Positions 36,934 through 46,466 of a stretch of DNA of 64,000 nt are shown one piece after another. Source of the DNA: a bacterium. Lineage in GTDB: Bacteria > Patescibacteriota > Microgenomatia > UBA12405. The position numbers were made by a program, and so were the translations under genes. The stretch lies in NCBI GenBank assembly GCA_029561175.1, contig JAKQJL010000025.1, positions 3,582-67,581 of the forward strand, read 5' to 3'. How positions within the stretch are numbered: the stretch's first letter is position 1; each line of letters opens with the position of its first letter. Under the pieces are notes generated by a model, which worked only from the letters and a program-made list of their open reading frames with translations, was not told the DNA's origin and did not search any database.

Positions 36934-37031
36934 TATTTTTAATTAATAATTTAATCATTGCCACAAACTTATTTTAGCGCTTTTTTGTTTAGATTTAACA
37001 AGTTTGCCAAAGTACCCTTTGCTTTATTGAC

Positions 37032-37955
37032 TTATAAATAAATTATATTTAATTTTTTAGTTGCCGTAATAAATACGGCTCCTTGACTTGGAGATGTTTT
37101 CTCTTCATTAGCACCACCACTAGATCGATAGTGTCTAATTATTTCACGACGATTTAAAAATTTACTTGGTCGTCTAATTTTAATATCTGAGAATCCTTGT
37201 TTTTTAATTACTCTGCATATTTTATTTATTGCCATGTCTGCTGAAATATTCTCACATCCTGCTATTCTGTCAAAATTGCCCTCACATAAAATCAATACTC
37301 CTTTGTCTGATAAGCAACGCCAAGACTCACTTATTATTCTTTCCAAACAACTATTACCCTTATTATCACTTTTTAATGCGTGAAATAAGTAATTTGTTTG
37401 AATACTTGATAATGAATCACTTGAAAATGGCAAATACAAGCCATCTGCGAAAATAAAACCAGGGGCGTTTTTGATTTCTCCTCCCTCAAGATCAATAATA
37501 TTTGTTTTTGCCTTCGGAAAAACACTTCTAACAGAAGCAGTGTATTCCAATGCTGTGTCCATAGTCATGGCTCCAATTAAAAGTGATCTGTAGTCTAGAC
37601 TTTCCCAGGTATTTCTTTGTTCTCGTAATACACTCTCATACGAAGATGCATATAGACCGTAGGAGTTGGAATAAGGTATACCTCCTTCAATTAATTCAGC
37701 TGATTGATGAAAGATTTGTAAGCTTTCTCGACCTAATCCATCAGCATCTGTCCCAATCCCACGATACTTTTCCCATAAATGTCCAATCTTATACCCTTCC
37801 GTCGTTTTTAGGGCGCTATTTAAATAAATTACTTCCTGTTGATCGATTTCGGATACTGGTTTTCCTAGCATTTGAGCAATTCGTTTGATTCCCATATCAA
37901 CTATTTGTTGCGGGGTGTCAACCATTACAAATCCTCTATTTTCTTTATTAGACAT
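37032..37955 (-). CDS. putative class I SAM-dependent methyltransferase
   Basis: 307 aa. NIIDLEGGE (motif I-like) ... ADGLYLPFSSDSLSSIQTNYLFHAL ... CLERIISESWRCLSDKGVLIL fits the Methyltransf_11/25 layout. Confidence 0.4.
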   Translation of the reverse strand: MSNKENRGFVMVDTPQQIVDMGIKRIAQMLGKPVSEIDQQEVIYLNSALKTTEGYKIGHLWEKYRGIGTDADGLGRESLQIFHQSAELIEGGIPYSNSYGLYASSYESVLREQRNTWESLDYRSLLIGAMTMDTALEYTASVRSVFPKAKTNIIDLEGGEIKNAPGFIFADGLYLPFSSDSLSSIQTNYLFHALKSDNKGNSCLERIISESWRCLSDKGVLILCEGNFDRIAGCENISADMAINKICRVIKKQGFSDIKIRRPSKFLNRREIIRHYRSSGGANEEKTSPSQGAVFITATKKLNIIYL

Positions 37956-38108
37956 TGTCTGTATTATAGGACAAAATAGCTATAAGTCAATATTATAGGC
38001 TGGAACTAGTTTGATGTTTGCCTATATTTCATTATTCTCATATAATCATCTCAAAATTTTCGCAATCGAGGTCAAAAGTTTAAAAATGCTATTATTGTTT
38101 AACTCCCT

Positions 38109-38603
38109 ATGATTTCTAAGATAAAAATAGCGATATTGAGCTTAGTTACAATACCTTTTGCCCTATATTCTTTATTATTACTTGTATTATCTTTCTACAG
38201 CTTTCAGTTAATAGAATCAAACAATTTCTCAAATAATGAAATGATCTGGCAGATTTTTGGCGCTATTTTTTGTTTAGGATGGACAATTTACTTTGGAAAA
38301 AAGCTGATAAAACAATTTTTAATTAACAATTCCAAGTTAACCTCGATTATTGTAATTTTAATATCCGGGTATTTTGCCGTAATGTTTATTGATATGCCGT
38401 TTCAAATATTTTCATGTGTGGAGTCGTTGGGTAATCAACCGAAGTGTAATATAACTCTTAGTGTAGGAATAGATTGTATGCCAAAAATTGATATGCCAAT
38501 TGCTACCACTCGTAACGAAAGACTATTTCAGTCTATATTAAATACATTCAACCCAATTTCTGTTCGGGAAAATATTTTTGGTAATAACTGTGTTTCATAT
38601 TAA
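38109..38603 (+). CDS. hypothetical membrane protein
   Basis: 164 aa with 3-4 TM helices and a Cys-containing C-terminus. Confidence 0.35.
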   Translation: MISKIKIAILSLVTIPFALYSLLLLVLSFYSFQLIESNNFSNNEMIWQIFGAIFCLGWTIYFGKKLIKQFLINNSKLTSIIVILISGYFAVMFIDMPFQIFSCVESLGNQPKCNITLSVGIDCMPKIDMPIATTRNERLFQSILNTFNPISVRENIFGNNCVSY

Positions 38604-39001
38604 TGGAAGGATGCTCCGGTACAACGCCAATTAACCTCAGCTGTTTTTTTAACGATATCTACGACGCAAGCAGGATTGCAACCGGCTTTTTCTGGTGTAA
38701 GCAATAAATCAACCCACCATGTTCCCGTGTATTCATTACAAAGATAGTTTGAAGAAAAAGCTACTGGCGTTTCTTCCTCCATTCCACATTTGTTTTTTTG
38801 AGCAATACTACTCGCTTCTTGAAAACTAATTTCTACACCAGTATTTTTATCTTTACAAAACTGACCTTTAAGTTCTTCGCTCACAGGGATAGCTCCTCCC
38901 ACCGATCTTTCTTTTTGAATATAACTCTTAAATATCAAGACAAAAGTAAAAACCAAAAATAAAATTAATGCTAACGATACTACAAATACTATCTTTTTCA
39001 T
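38600..39001 (-). CDS. hypothetical secreted Cys-rich protein
   Basis: 133 aa, N-terminal TM/signal, 8 Cys. Confidence 0.35.
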   Translation of the reverse strand: MKKIVFVVSLALILFLVFTFVLIFKSYIQKERSVGGAIPVSEELKGQFCKDKNTGVEISFQEASSIAQKNKCGMEEETPVAFSSNYLCNEYTGTWWVDLLLTPEKAGCNPACVVDIVKKTAEVNWRCTGASFH

Positions 39002-39063
39002 TAAATAATTTTACAACACATGTGATATTTGCTGGATCGCATAAAACGAAAATCTAAGTTTAC

Positions 39064-39642
39064 TTATAAAATCTTCCTAGGTGTAATCAACACCCCAATC
39101 AAGGAAACTAACGCCAATACGCTCATTATTACAAAAAGAATATTGAAACCTAGATAAGTAACAACAACCCCTCCAGCTACTGTGGCTGCGGCCACCATTA
39201 AATTGTTTATTATGTTCCAATTAGAATACTCCATAACCTCTTTACTATTGTCTAAGTGTTTTGCAAAAATAGCATTCCAAGCGGGAGTTCCCAATGATTC
39301 TCCAAGTCCCAATACAAATTGAACAAGTATTAATCCCGTTATGTCAGATACAAAAATATAACCCAACCAAGCCAAACATCTTACCAGAAAACCTCCTGCT
39401 AAAAGATATTCTTGTTCTTTAACTCTGTCGCCAAATTTACCAACAAAATATGTAAACAAGGTTGAAGAAAACATAAATACAGCCCAAGAAAAGCTTACTG
39501 AAATTATTTTGCTATCTATTTTATTTACGTATACTGCGTATAGTGGTCCCAGCAGAGAACTTGCAAAAACAAAAATTGAATTAAGTAAAAAAAGTACTTT
39601 AAGCGATCCGTTTATCTTCACAAATAAAGTATAACAGCTCAA
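39064..39642 (-). CDS. half-size MFS-like membrane protein, paralog of 28504..29097
   Basis: 192 aa. Same helix pattern and loop motifs as the 28504 gene (GKFGDRV vs GKYSDKI; AIFAKHLDNSKE vs AVYSKHLDGHKS). Confidence 0.45.
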   Translation of the reverse strand: MSCYTLFVKINGSLKVLFLLNSIFVFASSLLGPLYAVYVNKIDSKIISVSFSWAVFMFSSTLFTYFVGKFGDRVKEQEYLLAGGFLVRCLAWLGYIFVSDITGLILVQFVLGLGESLGTPAWNAIFAKHLDNSKEVMEYSNWNIINNLMVAAATVAGGVVVTYLGFNILFVIMSVLALVSLIGVLITPRKIL

Positions 39643-39679
39643 AATTCAGTACTATAGTGTATTAGACAATAAGATAGTT

Positions 39680-40435
39680 CTATTCTTCGTTATACTCCAT
39701 AAATAAACGACCCTGACCAATTCTTTTAAAAGTTTCTGGTAATATCTTAAATTCTTTTAGATCTACTAAAACAGTCGCATTTTCACTTCCCAACATCCGA
39801 TCAAGATAAAATTTCACCGTTTTATCACCATACCCTGGATACCAATTGCCGATCTTAGTCTCATCGATATAAAACACAGCCCAATCATCTAGCAGTTTTT
39901 TCTCATCTTTGAGCACAACCTTTTTACCATCCTCCAAGTTATACAACGTTATCTCACTACCCTCACCGCCGTAAGTTATATAAAACAAGGGTAATTCATG
40001 CCCAGTATAAAAACCCAAATCAGCTACTCCACCAAATTCACAACTTTCCCCTTCAAATACTCTTCTTAGTTCGCCGTCTTCCTTTTGGAGATAAACTCTC
40101 TCACTACAGTACGGTTGTTCCGATGATCCATTGTCAACCATTTCCGTACTTTGAGTCCAATAAAGTCCATATATCTCTCCATTAAAGGGTGAGCTGCGGA
40201 CAATCTTTTCGATGGGTCTTATTTTTCCAGAATCACTTATCCCCACTCTATTACCCAATGTTACGAAACTAATTGATTTTTCATTTACCGGTACAACACT
40301 AGTTACCTTCACGTATCTCGTCCCAAAATAAAAGCCAACAAACGGCAGAGTTACGAATAAAAGTATGATGATTATTTTTAATAAGCGGGTTACAGTTGTA
40401 AATGATTGCGGTAATTGCATAATTAAATATCTCAT
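39680..40435 (-). CDS. hypothetical membrane-anchored protein
   Basis: 251 aa, N-terminal TM, beta-rich extracytoplasmic domain. Confidence 0.4.
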   Translation of the reverse strand: MRYLIMQLPQSFTTVTRLLKIIIILLFVTLPFVGFYFGTRYVKVTSVVPVNEKSISFVTLGNRVGISDSGKIRPIEKIVRSSPFNGEIYGLYWTQSTEMVDNGSSEQPYCSERVYLQKEDGELRRVFEGESCEFGGVADLGFYTGHELPLFYITYGGEGSEITLYNLEDGKKVVLKDEKKLLDDWAVFYIDETKIGNWYPGYGDKTVKFYLDRMLGSENATVLVDLKEFKILPETFKRIGQGRLFMEYNEE

Positions 40436-40636
40436 TTTGTGTTAATAAACACAAATGTATTAAAAATGCCTACTTTGGCTCGCTGAGTGGTACGAATTTA
40501 GAACTACTTCTATTGGTTGTTAATAAATATAAGAACTTCTTTGCTCATTAATTCTTCATTTGGTTCATAAGAATGAACTGTATAAAGAGTGCTGCTGCTT
40601 TTGTGTGTCACGGCACAGGGCGTGCTATTATAATTT

Positions 40637-41554
40637 ATGAAAGATACCACCGGAACATCCCCCTGGGAACACAAAAAGATAGTATTTTTAATACTGCTAG
40701 TTGCAATAGGAGTCTGTAGTTATCTCGTATATACAAACCAGAATCTGAAACATCAGATTGAAGGGAATAACGTTACTATTACAAATTCTGTAGAGGCGAC
40801 ACCAACACCTGTTTCAAAAACAGTATCCGAGATGAAAACTGCTCAAGAAAAAATTAAAGGAGATATGCGTTATATAGTAGGGTCTCCTTATTTAGAAGGA
40901 ATAGAGTGGCAATACTCTAGTGGAGGGGATGGAACGTGGCTGAATGATGAATATACGGCAGACTTAAACAAGACATTGCCGGCTTTACTGCCTGAAATTT
41001 TCCTACCCAAAACTGAAAGGTTTCCAACGGCGACACTATTCCTAGACACTAGATATAACAGCTATCACTGGGCTAATCAAAGGCAAGATTATGAGAACAA
41101 GTTCTTTTTGGTCGGACTAGTCGATACTAGCAGGATTCCTCAATTAAACTTAAAGACAATGTCAACATATAAAATGCCCCTCCTTTGCTCAAAAGACAAG
41201 TCATTGCTTGCAAGGAATAAATTTGGACACTTAGTGGTTTTTAATTGGAGACCATCATGTCCTGGAGTGAACGGTTTTGACGATCACCCAGAAGTTAACG
41301 CTAAAATTTTTGTACAACATAGTAATAAGTATGGGGATGTTACTACCAACATGGTAGAAGTAATATTAGTATTCCCTTCATACCTTGAACTTGCCGGAGA
41401 GGGCTTTATTGGTGATTACTCATACAGAGAAGTTACAAAAAGTAGTGTTCCGTATCAGAAATACTATAGTTATACAGAAAGTTACTTGAATTCTGCTTTT
41501 AAATTAATAGACTCTTTTGATGCAAATAAGAAATCGTCTCAGACGGGAACCTAG
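40637..41554 (+). CDS. hypothetical membrane-anchored protein
   Basis: 305 aa, N-terminal TM, no recognised domain. Confidence 0.4.
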   Translation: MKDTTGTSPWEHKKIVFLILLVAIGVCSYLVYTNQNLKHQIEGNNVTITNSVEATPTPVSKTVSEMKTAQEKIKGDMRYIVGSPYLEGIEWQYSSGGDGTWLNDEYTADLNKTLPALLPEIFLPKTERFPTATLFLDTRYNSYHWANQRQDYENKFFLVGLVDTSRIPQLNLKTMSTYKMPLLCSKDKSLLARNKFGHLVVFNWRPSCPGVNGFDDHPEVNAKIFVQHSNKYGDVTTNMVEVILVFPSYLELAGEGFIGDYSYREVTKSSVPYQKYYSYTESYLNSAFKLIDSFDANKKSSQTGT

Positions 41555-41603
41555 TAGCTTTTTAAGTGACGTGCGTGCTGGAAAAATACTTATGAGATTT
41601 ATG

Positions 41604-41676
41604 CTCCTCCGCGTGGACTCGAACCACGGACCAATCGCTTAACAGGCGATCGCTCTACCGACTGAGCTACAGAGGA
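41604..41676 (-). tRNA. tRNA-Asn (anticodon GUU)
   Basis: Reverse complement TCCTCTGTAGCTCAGTCGGTAGAGCGATCGCCTGTTAAGCGATTGGTCCGTGGTTCGAGTCCACGCGGAGGAG. Near-identical architecture to E. coli tRNA-Asn (UCCUCUG...CAGAGGAG); anticodon loop CTGTTAA. Confidence 0.8.
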
Positions 41677-42181
41677 ATGTAGTTTATTTAAAGAACTCTT
41701 GGATTATACCATTGCTAATGATTAGATAAAATAGTTTTGAACGCCAATAAAACACAAAAATTAAATATAACCTATATAATAGTATGATCTAGGAAAAAGA
41801 CACATAACATCCTGCCTATTGTCTTCTAAGAATAAACCTGTATAGTTATATTATAGATATGTAGGAAATTTGAAATATCTATAAGGGGGGGAAAGTATGA
41901 GATGTTTTGATCACCAGTCTGAGTGGAATGAAAGAACTTACGGAACCGTCCGGCGACACGATTGAGTAGTCAACGTCAGTAGAAATGTTGTTTTCAACAA
42001 TATTTAAGCAATGGCCTTTTTATCTTTTGATATAGTTCCAGCTTAAAAGAGACAATATAAGTTTTTATTAATTTAAAAGGAAAAATATGACCGACCTAGT
42101 AATGAAAAAAGACGAAGTAAAGAAAGAAACCGTCAAACCAGCTGAGACAGAAGTAAAGAAATCAGAATAAAATTCTAAAAT

Positions 42182-43105
42182 CTAATCTAAGATATTTTGT
42201 CGGAGAGTTTGAGCCAGCAAACTCGGTTTTTTATTTTTTGCCACAAAATCTTTGATATAGTCAATCACCTCAATGGTTGTTTTCCACCCCAACTCTTCTC
42301 TGGCTTTGTTTGGGGCTTCTCCCATTTCTGCTCGACCAGGGTAACCATCGATATACTCTATTTTGCCACCAAAAGCTTCCGCAATTTCAATAATCGAATA
42401 CTTATGGTTGCTTCCTAGGGTATATCCATCACCCTCACCTTTTTCGGCCACCAAAATCATCCCTTGAGCCAAATCACCCACATAAGTAAAGTTTCTTTTT
42501 TGAGTGCCCGGTTTTACAATCGTAAACGGTTGTCCTTTCAAATACATTTGTTCAAACTTAGCAATCAAAGTTCCATATTTTCCTTCACCTTTTTCTCTTG
42601 GTCCAAAAGCATTACAAAAATAACAAATCGCGTAGGGGAGTCCATACCATTTTCCATAATTGTTGATCAAATCAACATTCGTTGCTTTTGAATAAGCATA
42701 CGGATTTTGATGATGACCACCATCTCCCTCAATTGCAAATCGAGTACTCGATCCGGCATAAACCAATTTACAGTTTGGGCTTTTTCTCCAATATTCCACC
42801 ACTCTGGCAGTTCCAATTACATTCATTTCCAAAACTTTATCAACATCTTCAAAAGATGGGGTAACCCGAGCATATTCTCCCAAATGAAAAATTACATCTA
42901 TTTTTTCTGGTATTAATTTATCAATATCTTTGGTGTGTCCTTCCCGGTATTCAGCGCCATCAATATGATTGTTTTTGCTGCCATTAAAATAGTTATCCAA
43001 AGAGATTACTTGATAATTTGGGTTTTTAACTAATCGTTCGATTAGATGGGAACCAACATGGCCAGCCCCACCGGTTACTAATATATAACTCTTGCTCATA
43101 ACCAA
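42182..43105 (-). CDS. NAD-dependent epimerase/dehydratase (extended SDR; UDP-sugar epimerase/decarboxylase-like)
   Basis: ILVTGGAGHVGSHLIERL Rossmann motif; catalytic YAYSK. Confidence 0.8.
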   Translation of the reverse strand: MVMSKSYILVTGGAGHVGSHLIERLVKNPNYQVISLDNYFNGSKNNHIDGAEYREGHTKDIDKLIPEKIDVIFHLGEYARVTPSFEDVDKVLEMNVIGTARVVEYWRKSPNCKLVYAGSSTRFAIEGDGGHHQNPYAYSKATNVDLINNYGKWYGLPYAICYFCNAFGPREKGEGKYGTLIAKFEQMYLKGQPFTIVKPGTQKRNFTYVGDLAQGMILVAEKGEGDGYTLGSNHKYSIIEIAEAFGGKIEYIDGYPGRAEMGEAPNKAREELGWKTTIEVIDYIKDFVAKNKKPSLLAQTLRQNILD

Positions 43106-43353
43106 TATTAACAGACATCTAGAAATTTTTTTGGTAAACTAAAAACCATGTCAAAAGAATATTACAAATTAGGTGATCTAAAAAATGTTCCCTCGTCAGA
43201 TACTGCAATACAAATTCCTCCCATCTGTATTGTTTGTCGTAATAGTTCAGACTGCAATTTGATTTTTACTTTTAATTTATTAAGACAACCTTTAGAAAAA
43301 CCTCTCCAAGATATTTGTCCTCGGTTTTGTTCTAACTAGACTATAATTAGCTA

Positions 43354-43716
43354 ATGAGAATTATTATCATAATTCTTCTTCTCTTATTTTTAAGTGTTCC
43401 TTTTACCATTGGTAAAACCGTTAAGTCTCACTGTCTTCAGTCCCAAAAATATCAACAACCAACCTGTGTCGATAACTTAATTTATCTAGTTCAAGATGAA
43501 ACCCAGAGTTTTCGTTCTCGAAATTCAGCCATTTGGACCTTAGGTCAATTAGGCAACAAAAAAGCTCTAACAGCTTTGCAAAAATATTACACTGGCAATA
43601 TTCCTCGTAAAGAATCTCTCGACAAAAATCTTAGCCAATACGAGTTAAAAAAAGCTATTAATCTGGTTAGCGGTGGTATCAATATCACCGCCATTTTCTG
43701 GCGTTACGGTTACTAA
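43354..43716 (+). CDS. hypothetical secreted protein (HEAT/PBS-like helical repeat)
   Basis: 120 aa, signal peptide, NSAIWTLGQLGNKKALTALQ repeat-like segment. Confidence 0.3.
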   Translation: MRIIIIILLLLFLSVPFTIGKTVKSHCLQSQKYQQPTCVDNLIYLVQDETQSFRSRNSAIWTLGQLGNKKALTALQKYYTGNIPRKESLDKNLSQYELKKAINLVSGGINITAIFWRYGY

Positions 43717-43776
43717 TCATTTCATTGGAATTGTTAATTTGTTTTCTTTAAAAATTAATGATGTATAATCGTTCAA

Positions 43777-44496
43777 ATGGTTGAATCACCTAAAAGTAGA
43801 GTAATCCTCAAACTTAGTGGTGAATTGTTTGGTGAAAATGGTAATCACATTGATTTTGATAAATATGATTCCGTTGCTTTACAGCTAATCGAAATAAGAA
43901 GACAATCCCCTGAAATGCAAATTGCTATAGTTGTTGGTGGTGGTAATATTTTTCGTGGCCGCCAAGCCGATTCTCAAGTCGATCACACCGAAGCCGATTC
44001 TATGGGAATGATGGCCACTATCATCAATGGTCTTGGTCTTCGCGAAGCTTTTCTTCGAAATGGTCAAACAGACACTCGACTAATGACTTCAATATCAATG
44101 CCCGAAATCGCCGAACCATACATTAAACACAGAGGTCGTCATCATTTAGAACAAGGTCGTATTGTTATTATTGCTGGTGGTTTAGGAAGACCAAATTTTT
44201 CTACCGACTCGGCTGCTGCTCAGTGTGGTGCTGAATTGCAATGTGACAAACTTTATAAAGCCAGCACTGTTGATGGTATCTATGATTCTGATCCTCGGAA
44301 AAATCCTCAAGCAAAAAAACTTTCTAGAATAACTTTTCAGCAAGCTCTAGATAAGCAATTGGGAGTAATGGATTTAACTGCCTTTGCTATGTGTATGCGA
44401 TCCAATTTGCCAATTTTTGTTTTCGATATTAAAGATCTTAACCGTCTTCCCGAGGCCATTAATGGCAACTATTCTTTTGGAACTATCGTTCAGTAA
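43777..44496 (+). CDS. pyrH: UMP kinase
   Basis: VILKLSGELFG...IVVGGGNIFRG...DGIYDSDP: aspartokinase-fold UMPK motifs. Confidence 0.85.
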   Translation: MVESPKSRVILKLSGELFGENGNHIDFDKYDSVALQLIEIRRQSPEMQIAIVVGGGNIFRGRQADSQVDHTEADSMGMMATIINGLGLREAFLRNGQTDTRLMTSISMPEIAEPYIKHRGRHHLEQGRIVIIAGGLGRPNFSTDSAAAQCGAELQCDKLYKASTVDGIYDSDPRKNPQAKKLSRITFQQALDKQLGVMDLTAFAMCMRSNLPIFVFDIKDLNRLPEAINGNYSFGTIVQ

Positions 44497-44499
44497 TCT

Positions 44500-45072
44500 A
44501 TGTGTGGCCGATTTGCTTTAGAACACAAAGATGATTTCGACACCCGTTTTCAGCTCGGAAATCATTTGGATTTAAATTCTAAATATGATTTTTTCCCCGG
44601 CTCCGAAACCCCAGTTATCGTTAAAGAAAACTTTAATTTCTTATGGTTAATGAAGTGGGGGCTAATTCCTTTTTGGGCCAAAGACAGGTCTATTGGCCAC
44701 CATCTTTTTAATGCTCGGGCCGAATCAGTTACCCAAAAACCATCTTTTAAAAAATCTTTTTTAGACAAACGTTGCCTTATTCCTGCTTCTGGTTTTTTTG
44801 AGTCCAAAAAATATATTCAAATCAAAGATCAACCCTATTTTTCTTTGGCTGGTCTCTACGACATTTGGGTTGATCCAGTTAGCGGTATCGAAAATTATAC
44901 TTATACTATTATTACTACCGAACCAAATTCAGCCATCAAACCGTTTCACCACCGAATGCCAGTAATTTTTAACCAAGCCAAAGAATCTATTTGGTTAAAT
45001 CCTTCTACTCCCGTTTCTTCACTTCAATCTCTATTAAAACCATACCCCAGCGAGTTAACATTAATCAAATGA
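44500..45072 (+). CDS. SOS response-associated peptidase (SRAP/YedK; abasic-site processing)
   Basis: N-terminal MCGRF catalytic Cys2 motif, 190 aa. Confidence 0.8.
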   Translation: MCGRFALEHKDDFDTRFQLGNHLDLNSKYDFFPGSETPVIVKENFNFLWLMKWGLIPFWAKDRSIGHHLFNARAESVTQKPSFKKSFLDKRCLIPASGFFESKKYIQIKDQPYFSLAGLYDIWVDPVSGIENYTYTIITTEPNSAIKPFHHRMPVIFNQAKESIWLNPSTPVSSLQSLLKPYPSELTLIK

Positions 45073-45497
45073 TTTATCTTTTTGTCTTTTTTCTAATTTC
45101 AGTTTTAGTTTTTCTTTTTTCTCTCTATCAAAATTTTAGCCAACATCGCCAATTTACCGAAACTCCTTTTTTGTCTTGGTTGGGGATTTTTGTTTGGGGT
45201 GATGCCATTATTTTTGCTCCTTTTTGGATGATTAGTTCTCTTTTGTGTTTAACTGCCAAAAATCTAAACTTATTTTTATTTATCACTTCTCTTTTTTGGG
45301 TGGTTCGCAGTTTGGGTGAAACTATCTATTGGTTTAATCAGCAATTTTCAACTCTTAATCGCAATCCTCCCGAGCGCCTTTTTGGCTATCGGTTTATTAA
45401 AAACGATTCCATTTGGTTTATTTATCAAAACTTTTGGCAATGTTTAACGATTATCTCGGTTCTTTGTGCTATCTTTATTTATGGAAAAACGTTCTAA
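44991..45497 (+). CDS. hypothetical polytopic membrane protein (paralog family with 62837..63292)
   Basis: 168 aa. Shares WV(V/F)RSLGET(I/L)Y(W/F)F and FVW(G/E)D motifs with the 62837 gene. Confidence 0.4.
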   Translation: MVKSFYSRFFTSISIKTIPQRVNINQMIYLFVFFLISVLVFLFSLYQNFSQHRQFTETPFLSWLGIFVWGDAIIFAPFWMISSLLCLTAKNLNLFLFITSLFWVVRSLGETIYWFNQQFSTLNRNPPERLFGYRFIKNDSIWFIYQNFWQCLTIISVLCAIFIYGKTF

Positions 45498-46008
45498 TCT
45501 TCCTAAACTATTCATCATCTTTTTAATATTTCCTTTTTTAGTTTATTTTATTTCATTTTTATTAGTTCGCCGCGAAAGTCCATCTACGTACCGTTTTGCT
45601 ACTCCTACCCTAATTCCTTCTCCAGCTGTTGTTTGTAAACCAAACACTCTTCAGTTAGGTCATCTTTCCATTATCGATATCTCAGATCCTAAAAACATTA
45701 TCGAACCTACTGGAATAAAAGTTGATTCTCCTCTAAGATCAATAACAGTTAATAATCAAAAATATCAATTTAGTCGAGAGTATTATTCAGAAATTCTTCC
45801 TACTTCTGTTCCCGGTAAACAAAATTGTTATTCTGGTAGCGGCTATTACAAAGATTCGGTCGATGTGGCTAATTTAAAATTTGAGATTACTCAAGCAATT
45901 ACCATAAAATACTGTGGTCAAGAAAAACAAAAAATTGAGTCGAACTTATCAACCACTTCCATCGAGTCTCTTATAAAAACCATTGAATCTTTAGCTAGCC
46001 AATTATGA
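45466..46008 (+). CDS. hypothetical secreted protein
   Basis: 180 aa, N-terminal TM/signal. Confidence 0.35.
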   Translation: MLSLFMEKRSNLPKLFIIFLIFPFLVYFISFLLVRRESPSTYRFATPTLIPSPAVVCKPNTLQLGHLSIIDISDPKNIIEPTGIKVDSPLRSITVNNQKYQFSREYYSEILPTSVPGKQNCYSGSGYYKDSVDVANLKFEITQAITIKYCGQEKQKIESNLSTTSIESLIKTIESLASQL

Positions 46009-46466
46009 AAACTATAATTCTTTATGATTCTCAATATGGCAATACCAAAAAAATTGCCCAAAGTTTAGCCGATACCGATAAATCAATCAAACTTTTTAGC
46101 GTTGATCAAATTAAATTATCAGATTTAAAAAATATTGATTTATTAGTTGTTGGTTCTCCTACTCAAGCCGGTCAGGCCACTGTTAATTTATTAAATTTTT
46201 TTAAAACCATTCCTTCTAATTATTTATCCGGTATTAAAGTGGCGGCATTCGACACTCGAATGAACGAGTCTACTCTTAGTTTTTTTCTAAAAATTTTGGT
46301 TAAAATTATTGGCTACGCTTCTCCCAAAATCTTAAAAAAATTAGTTTCTCTTGGCGGTCAACCTTTAGGTGAATCTGGTTTTTTAGTTCAATCTCAAAAA
46401 GGCCCTCTCTGCGACGACGAATTCGAGCTCGCTCTTGACTGGTTTAAAAAGATTCTTAAAAGCTAA
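46005..46466 (+). CDS. flavodoxin-like protein
   Basis: MKTIILYDSQYGNTKKIAQSLAD is a flavodoxin-type FMN-binding N-terminus. Confidence 0.55.
   Translation: MKTIILYDSQYGNTKKIAQSLADTDKSIKLFSVDQIKLSDLKNIDLLVVGSPTQAGQATVNLLNFFKTIPSNYLSGIKVAAFDTRMNESTLSFFLKILVKIIGYASPKILKKLVSLGGQPLGESGFLVQSQKGPLCDDEFELALDWFKKILKS

Noticed and set aside
43148-43339. 63-aa Cys-containing ORF upstream of the epimerase gene
   Set aside because: There are no supporting motifs. It lies in the divergent promoter region between the epimerase and 43354 genes and is likely non-coding.
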